Assembly (NCBI GenBank): GCA_965649765.1
Contig: OZ287756.1
Span: 42,284,001 to 42,348,000 of the forward strand
Direction: 5' to 3'
DNA length: 64,000 nt
From: Bispira polyomma
Lineage: Eukaryota
Shown here: positions 37,821 to 49,681 of the stretch, one piece after another
Position numbering within the stretch: position 1 is the stretch's first letter
Layout of the letters: every line of letters begins with the position of its first letter
Position numbers and translations under genes: made by a program
The notes under the pieces: generated by a model
What the model was told of the DNA's origin: nothing
Databases searched by the model: none
What the model saw: only the letters and a program-made list of their open reading frames with translations

Positions 37821-40369
37821 ACTATATCAAACTAAGTTTGAAGTTTAGTTATATTGCTTCTAATTTGTGTTGTACAAGTTCATCTAGATACTTTGTTTAT
37901 GTTTACAAATTAAAACCTATATAATTACATCTAGTATTCTATCTATAATTGAATGCCACAGGCAGGATATGCTATTGTCCTGGGATAACAGAAAACAGAC
38001 GAAAAATCACTAGTACATATAATTTCTGATGTTTGCCTGTGTTAGAAGTTCTGATAATACAGAAACACACCAAGATATTTTATTGCAGGCTAAGATAAGA
38101 AAACGTCTGCTATTATTCTGAAGATTGGTGCACGTCTTATAGGAACCATGCTTTCTGATGACAGTATAGAGTATAAAAAGGTATTTATTAGTCTAGTACT
38201 CGTGTTGAGTTTCCACAACTGCATCATCAAATGTTGAAATGAGTTGTATTTTGCACCTTTTGATATAGCATACAGGAAACAATTAGGAATATAGTAAGTA
38301 CAATAATATCATTCCTAGTATAAGCAATATAATATTTCAGCGACTTATAGTGTTTTACTATTAAGACTTGTAAAGACTTTGCCATAGTCAGTTGTCAATC
38401 TATTATTATTGTCTCCTATCCAGTATTAATTGCACATTTTTTGTTGCACTTAGGTTTACAAGAACATGTAAAAGCTATTTGATGTGCTGTGTCACATCGT
38501 TGTGACCATGTTACAGTAAAAAGCTGCAGATAAGGGACATAAGAACTTTGGTGTAAATAAGGTCGTTTCCTACCCAATATCAGGTTCTGAGGAAGGTCCA
38601 TACTAATTGCTTAGCTTGTCCTCGATTTCATTGACCATGGTAATATACAAGACAGCAGCTAAAGTACATTGGTTGGCATCCCGAGATTGAAAATGACATT
38701 GCATTTAATGAGTTGTCACTGTCTATTTGGTACGTTTGGTGCACATCAATTACTAAAGGTCAGGAAATGACTTTATTTAAGTGTAGAATTTATACAATCA
38801 ATTGCAAATATATATCCTGCACATACTTGGTTGCCCATCAAAAACTACACTGGTTGTTTAATTTGTGTTTATAACCAGAACTACTTTAAACAACTTGCAA
38901 CTTCAACTTTCATTGCATGGTGCTACTGTACAATATAATGGGTGTACTAGAAAGGTAATCGATCAATCTAATTGAAGCTTAATATTATAACGATATACAT
39001 GTTTGCCTTATTGGAGATATGAATCTGCAAAAAAAGTCCCAGTGGATGATCCTCAACATTTAATCCTGTTCATGTTTGAATTTAAAGTGTTAATTATTGA
39101 CCAAAAAGTCAAGATTTTAGCTACATTTTAACAGTAATCATCTTAACATTAAAATTAATATAAGGCATTCTGCAATATTGTAGACAAATATCATATCATT
39201 TTGTATATTATAACCCATCAATACCACCAGTTAAAGCACTGATGACCCTTTCCATGATTCAAAGTCAGCGCTTGAAAATTAAGCCATATCGTACATAAAA
39301 GAGCAAAGTACCCAAGTCGACTAAGGTGAAGTAAAGGCTTGTTTGAAATATACTCTGTAAGTGGTGATTTTTTGTGGGAATTAATTTTAACAAATTTATA
39401 CGTTTTAATAGGCAGAAAACCTTGTCAATGTTAGCACAGTGTAACTGTGTATATATAGGGAGATGGGCATATGTGTTCTTGCTTTAGACAACCGGAAGAC
39501 TCTCTCATGAATTGGTACAAATTGCCTTAAGTAACCAGCTAAAGTTAGCATTGTGTGCCAGTCCCCGTGAGGGGAATTCGGATGAACCTTGGGAACACTC
39601 ATATATGGTTATTGCTACATCTCTTCTCACAATCCTAAGTCAAAATTCTAAAAGTCAAAATATACATCTATTTACAGTCCAACATTTGAGGTCAGTCAAC
39701 TCTACCAAGACAATGCTTTCTAATGATTGCCATATAAATAGATATCACAGATACTTGATATGAAGGGTATTCTACATCTCAAATTGTATTTTGTGACTGG
39801 GCCACAAATGAGTGCCACCAAAACATTCAACAATATGTATGTGCTCACTTCGAACAGCATCCTTTTATGTCAATCTATTGACACACAGGAGTCTTATTCA
39901 CAGCCTGGACGTAACTTACACATGAAACAGGGAATTTCTTGCCAATAAGAATGGTTTTTTAAAAATATTTTTCATTCTATGGCATAATGTTCCGGTTGAC
40001 ATAAATTGTTGTGCTTTATTTATCTGGTGACTAACAAGCCTGATGTGCTGGGTATAATATTGTATTTAGTTATTGTATATTTTGTACTGGTCACTATAAT
40101 AACAAATATCTATCTACCCCCAATATTTCCCTCCCCCCCCCCCCCCCCCCCTCAGGGATTAAATGCAACATTCAAAGTATATACGTTGCAATTATAACAC
40201 ATTGCTAGTATTTTGCAATGGTGAGTACATGTATATCCTATACCGTTAAAATTCAGGGCAAGACCTCGAGAACTGTTGATTCAAGCTGGCAATTTTTACT
40301 ATATTTGTGTACTGTTTTTCAGTTAGTTTGTAAGATTTATATTAGTTTTGTATAGTTATTTTAACTTTC

Positions 40370-40461
40370 ATTTGGCACACTTCAGTCACTTAATTAGCAC
40401 ACTTCAGTCACTTTCATTTGGCACACTTCAGTCACTTAATTGGCACACTTCAGTCACTTAA
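40370..40461 (+). repeat. 22-25-bp tandem repeat, 4 copies
   Basis: TTGGCACACTTCAGTCACTTAA repeated. Confidence 0.9.
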
Positions 40462-42574
40462 TATTTGCTTTACATGTAAGACTTTTGAGTGCTTGAGCAG
40501 AATGCCAGCTATACAAAGTCTCAATAACTCTCTTCCTTTATAGATGTATTTACATTACTCCTTTAAGATTATTTATATGGACCATAATTTGGGGTCTGAA
40601 ATAAAGTTCATCTATCTATCTGTCTGTTTTGTATTATAAAATAGTTGTGTATGATTAACAACATATCCAAGACTGTTTTTAATCACGTGAGAGAATTCAG
40701 TATATTATGACAGTTACAACCAATGTTTGCACTATAATACTATGTGGAGACATATGCAATCAGTGGGGATTGAGACACAATAAGTCTACAAGGTCAAATT
40801 TGTCTCTCTTTTTTTGTTTTCGGAGCTTTATTATCAAGGCACATCATGGTAGTTTGCTCCTTGGTGGATATGTAAATATTCTGTGATGTAATTGTTTTGT
40901 CATTTTGTAGCTTGTTGGAGCAAACTGTAGAAAAAATACTTCACTTGATAGCTCCACAAGTTTGTGTTGATTTTTTGTTTGTTTAGGGGAAGGAGTCCTA
41001 TTTTTATGTTATTATTCAAATAGATGCTTTCTGTGGACTCATACACCACCCTGAAAGTGACGGATGACCACGTTTTATTAATTTACCCCAAGTTTAACTG
41101 CTTGCAGAAAATACACATTTACTAGCTGAGAAGTCAATACACAAATATTTAGTAAATTATTGGGGAAGGAATCTTTAGTTTGAAATGTATATCTTAATCT
41201 ATAAGTACATGTTATACAATATCCCCATACAATAAAAACTGTTTGGCATGAATATTTTAATAAAAAGTACATGGTATACAATATCCACATACAATAAAAA
41301 ATGTTTTTCACAATTTATTTTCATTGAACATAAAGTTTGTCCAGCTGCTTAATGCTTTTTTGATTTTGACCAAGGATGTTGTTGCCAATTATGCAGTACT
41401 GTTATAACACATGCCTTCAAGCAATGTCTTGTCTTGTTGCCTTTCCAAGGAAGACATGAAATGATGGGACCAGGCAATGACCCCAGTAGGGAGCATCAGT
41501 TGCCTGAGTGTTAAGGTTCAAACCACACACCTTAGAAATGATTGTAACAATGCACAAAAATGACAGACATGTATAATGTATGCTGAAATTATATTCAAAA
41601 ACAGCCACACAGAATTTCATCTCGCCAAACATTTGTATGCACAAACAATATATTTGAATAACAAGTTCAATACTAGTTTCTTAAAAACAAACAAATCACA
41701 GAAATATATAATGTGCTAAACAAATTAGCAGGTCAAATTGTCAAGACATTTAAACTAGTAGGGATTTGTATGCATCAACAACACAAAACTTTACATATCA
41801 TAATATCTAGTCTCAGTGTATATTCAGTGATTCCAGTGTAAAGTGTGCCTAGTCTGTAAATCATGTCTGCTGTATGCTGTCGTATCATCAAGAGAGCATT
41901 TCTGTTTGACCCAAACACCCACATTACACACAGAATTAACTGATGTGTGTCTGACTTGAGTAGATCTTGTGTTGACAGTTCGCCTGTTAGCTGTTAGTAC
42001 GAGCACATCAACAGGAAATAGTCACCTTTCATACAAAGTTTTGTAAACGTTGATCCCGAGCTTTATTGTGCATCCACAGTAGTTTTGCATTATTGACAAA
42101 CTATTTTTTATCAATGTCTAACATGGTTTATGACAACAACACATACAGTAAGCGATACAATAACTTATTGTGTGCTTGATATGGTGGAATTATGTTTTCC
42201 ACAGCATAAGAACGTCAATCAAAATTACAAAATCAAAATAAAATCATTTAAAATTTCAGAAACAAAAGACTCCCAAATTGTAGTTTCACAGCATGTCAAG
42301 ACATTATATACAAGAAGTTTAGAACACATTACACAACCACTTGTTTTGTAGTATTTTCAAACTTCTGTTGGACCAACATCACAAATTAGGTTCTCATTTT
42401 CATTTAATTTTAAAATGCAATAAAACTATTATGATATGTAGCTGACTGTAGTATGTGAACTTTATTTTGTTGTAGAACAAGTGACTTCATGTTAATATTA
42501 TCTTTTAATTTTTCCTCACTCTGCGAGATTCTAAAGAGTAAATCTGGTAAATAGGGAAACAACACTCAATGACT

Positions 42575-42860
42575 TGGTACCTCAAGTGGAGCCTAAATAA
42601 GGCATAGATACGTTGATTGTGGCCCTAAATAAGGCATAAAGACTCTAATTGGGGCCCAAATAAAGCTTGGATACATTAATTGTGGGCCTAAATACAGCCT
42701 GGAGACCTCTATTGGTATTTGAATACGGCCTGGAGGCCTCAAGTGGGGGCCTAATGAGACTTGGGGACTTCAAATGGAGCTCAAATAAAGCTTGAAGAGC
42801 TCAGTAGGCAGCCTAGATAAGGCTTGGAGACCTCAATTAAGGCCTTAATCAGGCTTGGTT
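42575..42860 (+). repeat. Diverged ~32-bp tandem repeat, ~9 copies
   Basis: Approximate consensus GCCTAAATAAGGCTTGGAGACCTCAATTGTGG. Confidence 0.8.
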
Positions 42861-44329
42861 TTCATTTTTAAAGCCATGGACTTTTAAAGTAGTGGGCCCT
42901 TGATGACACCCAACTGTACCCTAGATGTAGTAGATATATAGATGTCCAGCTCTATGTGTGTGTGTATGTGCAAGGGGGGCGTGTAGCTAGTTTGGTAGAG
43001 GCCATGAGCTGACTTGTTGTCCCTTACTTGTCCACACAAGTCATGCCAGTTTGTGTTTTGTTGGTACTTTACTCTGGCAATGTGTCATATCTCAAGGCAA
43101 CATTAACCGTGATGGATGATTCTTCCCTTAAGTGTCATCAATCCCCCCTCCTTTACTGTACCATCCCTATATATCGCCCATACCCATTTTAGTCAACCTG
43201 CCCTACTTAGACTTTCATAAGATCAAATCACAAGGTACAAACCACTTATAGAGTAGGTATCACCTGTTGAATCTTAGTAGTTTCACTCTAAATGCCCGAC
43301 ACACTTAAATAAAGTCAAAAGTTAGGTCATACTTAGAACACATTGAAGCCCCAGTTGTTCTCTGTGTGCAGGGGTGAGTTGCAGTACAGTTGGTTTGACA
43401 AGCTTTAAGGGGGTTTGGGTGTTGTAAATCTGGTTGAGGTATGTGACTCTATTTTGTAACTCTCGGGTATAATTTCATTGGGAGGAGGCTGGCTGTGGTT
43501 TAACTGACACCTGGAGAATGTTCACTGAATTCATCAGCCAGCTAGTCTGCTGGTTTATTGGGTGGAAATTTACCCTCCGTAGAATATTAAGCCTTATTAT
43601 GTAAGGGTATACATATTAAATCCAGTCATGTTTGCCACCAAATTTATTTTTATATGTTTGTCAAAACTTATAATGATGTGTTTTGTAGATTAGCTTGATA
43701 AGATTTGATTTGGTTTTATGGTTGTTGTCATTAAAAGGGAACACTTACATTGGCCAGATTATATATTTAATGTTCAAAGTAGACTGCAAGTTTCTTTATA
43801 CAGTTGTTGTATTGCCTGGACAATATATCACACAAGCAAATGAAAGAAAGCACAGATGAAACTATACATAAAAAACTAGCACTTTTTATTTAGTTTATTG
43901 CATTTAAATCTTGGGTAAACAGTGCGCACGGTGGGTCACTCTTAGTTATAGTTCACTACAAGACTGAGCTCTTCAAAGGCTGCAACTGTTGGAAAAATAC
44001 TGAAAGAAGGAAGAAAAACAACATTAAATAGATTTTCTGCCGCTTAAATCACTACAAAGAGAATAGACAGGGACGAAACTCAATTCAAAGAAACAAATTT
44101 TGGTCATTTATTGTCAAAATTGTTGGAAGCAAGAAAGTAAAAACTGACAAAAGACACTTTGGATGTTTCCTTGGAGCAAGTGTTTAGTTGTCAAGTAACA
44201 TTTTCTTCTTTTTGAACAGACTTGACGTTTTTGTAAAGAAATTCATCCATGTTTTTCTGCGAATTGTAGTTTAGTTACACATAATGAAGAAATTAAGAAT
44301 GTATCAGACACTGTTGTATTTTATTATAT

Positions 44330-44510
44330 ATTTTTAACGTGCTTTATTGATGGCAACCATCTTCTAAAGCACAACAACCGAATCAATCATCAACCATTGG
44401 TTGGCAATAGTGTGTTCACACCTTTTCCAAGGACTTTCCGATAACCAAAACCACTGGGAGTTGACCCGGGTACCATCTTATCACCAGCCTAACCATAAGA
44501 CCATGCAAGA
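44330..44510 (-). mobile_element. SINE (tRNA head + CORE-like box) carrying an L2-derived 3' tail
   Basis: Reverse complement reads TGGTCTTATGGTTAG...GGGTCAACTCCC...GTCCTTGGAAAAGGTGTGAACAC...TGATTGATTCGGTTGTTGTGCTTTAGAAGATGGTTGCCATCAATAAAGCACGTTAAAA. Confidence 0.75.
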
Positions 44511-46508
44511 CCACTATCTTGATTAAAGAATAAATAATACAGTGTGTCTATTTGGAATGTGACAGTAAATTATAGGAGAATTAACTAATTAGTTGTTTCA
44601 AATATAAATTGAAACAGTATCTGTGTATGCTCTATTTAGTAAATGTTTTAATTAATGTAAGTTTGCTAAGGTGTTATCTAGTATTATTATATTTCTAGTA
44701 ACAAAGAAAAGTCTGACCGTAAAATAATTTTAACGGTGTTTTAATTTTTATTGGTATTACTAATGTTCTTAACATATACATTATTCATACTATTTTTTTA
44801 CTAATTGTTACAGCACTAGAAAGGACAGTATGATTTTAGTTTAGTGTATGTATGAGTACATTATTGGATATATTTTGATTAAAACTTTTTTTCAGTTTTA
44901 CCATTTATTGACTTATATGAGGACATTATTGTGCAGCTATCTGCACTTGCTTGCTTAGGTAGTTACTGAATCCTGCTATGGGAATATAATTTCTATTACA
45001 CTCTTTACATCAAAGTTGTACAAATGTGAATGTTGTATAAACCAATGTCAGATAACTGAGGATGCACTGCCATTAAGTTGACACTGTATTACAGATGCTT
45101 CAATTGAATAGGTTATATAATATTGTTATCTATGTTCTGATAGGTTATCAACAAGTACACACAGTAGTAGTTGGGGTTAACTTATTAATAAGGATAAGAT
45201 TCTTGTGATGTAAATTACTCAACTAGAACAGTAAGAATCTCTTTGCGCTCAGATAAGTAAATGTGATACACATATGGTCACATAATTTATCCCAAAGTAA
45301 CAAATCCACCAGGAGACATAGTAATTTGCATTGTTGTATTGCTAAACTCCCCTGTAAATAACGTTAACTATGTATAATTGTGCACCTAAGAAGAGCATTT
45401 TTGTAATATTTTCCCAAATACGCCTCTTGGTACAAAGAATGCCTATTACAAAAAAAAAATCCCACATCCTCAAAGACACATTTTGCTACGGCATTTTTTA
45501 CAGCTGAAAATCTGAAAATAGGATTTTGTGATATGAATAAATCGGTTGTGAATGTCCACGGCTTTTGCTGTTTCTAGAATTTCAATGAATCCTTATTCAA
45601 CCAAAGACTGACTGACATTTTTGTTAAGTTGTTAGAATGTCAGGACTATTTTATGAGGTTTCTTCTTTGTACTACACAGATCCTATGATAAAGAACTCTG
45701 GTTTTGTTTAATGCTAACCCTAGTAAGAAAATCTTACATGATTGCAGACAGATTTTTTAACACTCCAGTAGTGCAAGATGCTAATGAATGCATCTTCTTC
45801 CAAGATTTGATGTTGTCAAAGTAGGTAAGGCTTCTGAACTTCAGTCTATTCCAAGTCCACAAATATAAAGTAACAAAGAATAAATTCTGTAATTATTGTT
45901 GTAAAAGTTGTGCTTTCAATGACCCTACTCGTTGTAATTAATTCATGTCTTATGTTACAACTGCCTACTCAGTATAGTTCTGCCTTCCACTTTCATAGGT
46001 CTCATAGACGGATCCAGGATTTGGTAAAGTGCAACTCCAGAATATATTGTAAACATAAATGGTAAAGTTTAAATGGTAAAATATATAAAAGATTGGGGAA
46101 TAATGGATGCCATGATGGTATGAGACTGTGGTGGTCTACAACCATATTGTTGAATTAGCTATAGTTAAAAAAACATTTAACATGTGAAATTGTTGGAAAA
46201 TTTGTCTATGTCTTATTTTATTGGCCAGATGTACATTATCGGTGATTACAGCACAGATTGAACCATATACAATCAATCAAAAGATGAATTGTTGTTATAA
46301 CATTAGTAATTTATTTATTGCATTAAGCGCCAATGCAGTTATGACAAATTGCAATGGATATGAATTCGAGCCACTAATATCTTTGCATATCTTTACCCAG
46401 CCAATTTACAGCTTTTGATAAAGTATTGAATCCCTAGAGCCTTACAGACAACGAGCCAGCTCAGCCCCTGTAACAGAGTCTATTGTTGAACAATGTACAC
46501 TAAAGGCA

Positions 46509-46554
46509 CCAATATCGTCAATTGCCTTTGCACATGTGACATCATATGACGTCA
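46509..46554 (+). promoter_or_regulatory. Putative internal promoter: CCAAT, E-box, tandem CRE-like TGACATCA and perfect CRE TGACGTCA
   Basis: Motifs at 46509, 46531, 46537 and 46547; another TGACGTCA at 46931. The region is locally CpG-enriched. Confidence 0.6.
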
Positions 46555-46593
46555 CCTAGAGTTTACAGTATTATCCACGGTGCCTGGAGGCAA

Positions 46594-46644
46594 ATGAGGC
46601 GAGAAGTTCCGATTCCTGGTGGTGATAAGCTCATGTCGCACATT
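46594..46644 (+). CDS. Candidate alternative first coding exon C (MRREVPIPGGDKLMSHI)
   Basis: CAAATG start, 17 open codons, ATT|GTGAGT donor phase 0, 40 bp downstream of the CRE pair. Confidence 0.6.
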
Positions 46645-48882
46645 GTGAGTAACGTTACTCTGGGCTATTCTAGTCGGATACAACAAAAAATATTGTAGCA
46701 ATTTTAGCTCAGAGATTTCTCCAGTTTTATATTTGTCGAGGACTTTTCTAATGTGAAGATTGCACTATTCTTATTTTAACAATTCAGATTCATAGACTCA
46801 GGCTGTTGTGGTTGAACCCGTAAATCAACCAAACCCCATAAATTGTTGTCATTGCAATAAATTGCCAGATTTCCACACGTCACTTAGACGATCATGGGGA
46901 TTAACAAAGATTTGCATAATATCAAACTTGTGACGTCAACTCTGGTGGAAATTTGAACTTGCAAGTAGCTTTGGTCTAATCTCGGTTTAGAACGTTACAT
47001 CAGGAGATGTTGTATAGAAGACTTGTGAAGCCAAGCCAATTGTTAGACTTGTGCTGGTATGCAATCCCCTTGTCTGAAAAAGACTTCCCTCTGCACAGGG
47101 TGCCTGAAAAAAAAATAAATAGGGAAGAAAACCTTAACAAAAATCTTTTAAAACATCTATTAAAACATCAAGTGTATTGGTACCAGTTTCTATACACTAA
47201 AAAATTTCTAACCACCTAGCAGTACACAGTATAAATACAATCCTACAGATTCAGTTTCTTAAAAACATTTCACATATTAGAGCAGGGACCAGAGCCTTAT
47301 TTAAAATCACTCACATTTTTTAATGGAATTAGGTATGCTGCTTTTTATCCATATCCATAGTACATGTTTCCAATAATGAATTATTTGCGGCCTTCAGTCA
47401 TGTGTAGTGGTAGCTGAGGTCGTGGATTCGAATCTCAACCTAGGCGTGTGTGTGGGACAGTTGGCGGTATACCTGCTGAAGGCTGGTTGTTTTGCAGAGC
47501 AGAAAACATACATCAACTGCATTGTTCTAATTTCCTCCACCAATCCACCTGAGGTGATATGACACAGAAGTATTAAAAACAACGTTTAATCCTAAGTAAA
47601 TTGACCAAAGTCATTGTCATTATTTATGAAGACTTTAAAGCCCCAGAGGGTACCCTATAATGCTTCATTTTCACCCTGAACAAAAGTTATAAGGCACTGT
47701 ATGAAATATATAAAGAAAGGCACTTGTCATAAACTAGTGCCAGAAAGAGATTACCACCAGAACTAGGGAAGAGCAAGTATCATTGGAAAGAGAAGTCTTT
47801 AGTGTATTCCTAAAATACTGCAATGTAGGGACAAGATGAACAGATTCAGCCTAAATAGCGTTTGTGGTCTGCATAACATTGTTCCATAAAGAAATAGTTT
47901 ATCAGAGTACACTTTGAAATATAAGTGCATTGCGGCTTATTTTTTGCTTTAAAGTGAAGTTTCAAGACCCCACTGAAAACGTATATCTGAAGGTATAAAA
48001 TTATACGGCAATGCAAGAAAAGGGTTGAGATCAGAGAGACAACCAAGACAAACACGAAAACAATGGCGGAAAAACATCATTAGGACTGAAGGACTGCCAA
48101 AATGATATGAATCAGCCTTAAAAGAGAGCTAGGGCAAAAGATGGTTTATCAGGTGTAACATTGGTACATAAAGAAAATATAGTGTGAAAAGTTTCCGCCA
48201 ACACTTCAATATGATGAAAACTATCACAAGCAGTTTCTTTTATATTGCTCCAGGTTACAAAGATAAATTTTTACGAAGTCTCAATTCAAATTTGAAATTC
48301 ATCCAATGTAGGTGGGGTTTTTTAAATCCAGAAAGAGGTACAGAGATTTTTCATTGTGGCATTAATGTTTCTGTGCTTGTAAAATAATAAATAGGTAGAT
48401 GACAATTTTTTAAAGTGTAGGTAATATTTTGGCCAGTTACTGTAGTGTTTAAATTACCTGTCTTAAGTCATACATATAAGGTGTCACCTGACTTGAATGG
48501 CATGACACAAAATACTTTCCATACTGTTTACCTAGGAGACACAGTGACCACACACCTAGATTTAAAAAGACATTGAGATTGGAAATAACTAACCCAGTTG
48601 TTTGTTGAAAATATATAATCGAGTAGAGAAGTAGTTTTGGGTTTGATTCATGGCCGTAGTATTCATTTTTGTATAGTTTGCCATCAACTTGCTGAAGACA
48701 AGTGCTTTACAGTGCAGAAGTCTTGACAAACCTAAATTAAGGCTGTGAATTTTCAATTGGCCCACCAAAACAATACGAACCAGTGATAAGGCAAACTAAC
48801 TAATTAAAGCAATGACACTGTTCTTGACATAGTCAGTTTAATAGATTGTTTAAATTATTTTTTTAACTCTATCTAATTATTA

Positions 48883-49681
48883 TGCCCCAGTCACGCAGAT
48901 CATTCTATCTTTTACCGAGCTGCGGGAGACCTCCAGCAACCCAAAAAAAGCTGCGACTACCAATGATTTGCTTTTATTCTTTTTGGGGTGGGATGTCTTG
49001 GGTTTTTTTTCGATCAGTCAGTGGCTGATTGTGAGATTGCTTGGCCACCTTTGTGCAGAGTAAAACCGAGTTGGCAAGATGATTGAGGTCGATCACACGA
49101 CTGTCCTCCAACTGCAAATGTCGACCACTGTAGGATCTTCCTGGTGAAACCAGCAAAGACTGTTCTATTCAAGGGGTATAAATACAGCCTTTAGGTCCTG
49201 ATCTCGGCAGTTTTATAACAATTTGCAGATTGTACGACCAGCAAATACTGGTCTGCGACCTATCACAAAGAGGTCTTTCATGGACGGAGAGTTGTTGCTG
49301 ATTGGTTACTAGAAGTCACTTGGTACTTCCAACAGGTCCATTGTGATCAGTGACTTGTCATTTGATCAGATGCAGACCACTACTACATGGTCTGGAAGTC
49401 TCAGATGAGCGTTAGTTTCTTAGGAGTAGCTGCAAACACTGAAACCTGTCGCACTACAATGACACCCTCAGAGGATGGGTTAAACACTTTTGAAGACCAC
49501 TTTGATCGCCATCAGTTTTTTTATATAAACCAAAAACCTGCTCCTGACTGAAGTGATTGTACAACCAGTGAACAACGATTACCAGTTGCACAAACTATGA
49601 CAACCTCAAAAAGAAAATCACCAGCGACAAGTAGTCCGCAAGAGGTCTCTCAGAAGTTGGAAGGTCGGTCTGACTGGTGTA
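48883..49681. mobile_element. Probable non-autonomous PIF/Harbinger-like DNA transposon (~800 bp)
   Basis: Imperfect TIRs TGCCCCAGTCA / TGACTGGTGTA, flanked by TTA and TAA. GC-richer interior with repeated CGAC/GTCG motifs and no transposase ORF. Confidence 0.55.

Noticed and set aside
42575-42860. CRISPR-like look of the ~32-bp repeats; also the 31320-32175 array
   Set aside because: The whole unit is homologous, with no unique spacers, no cas genes and a eukaryotic context.
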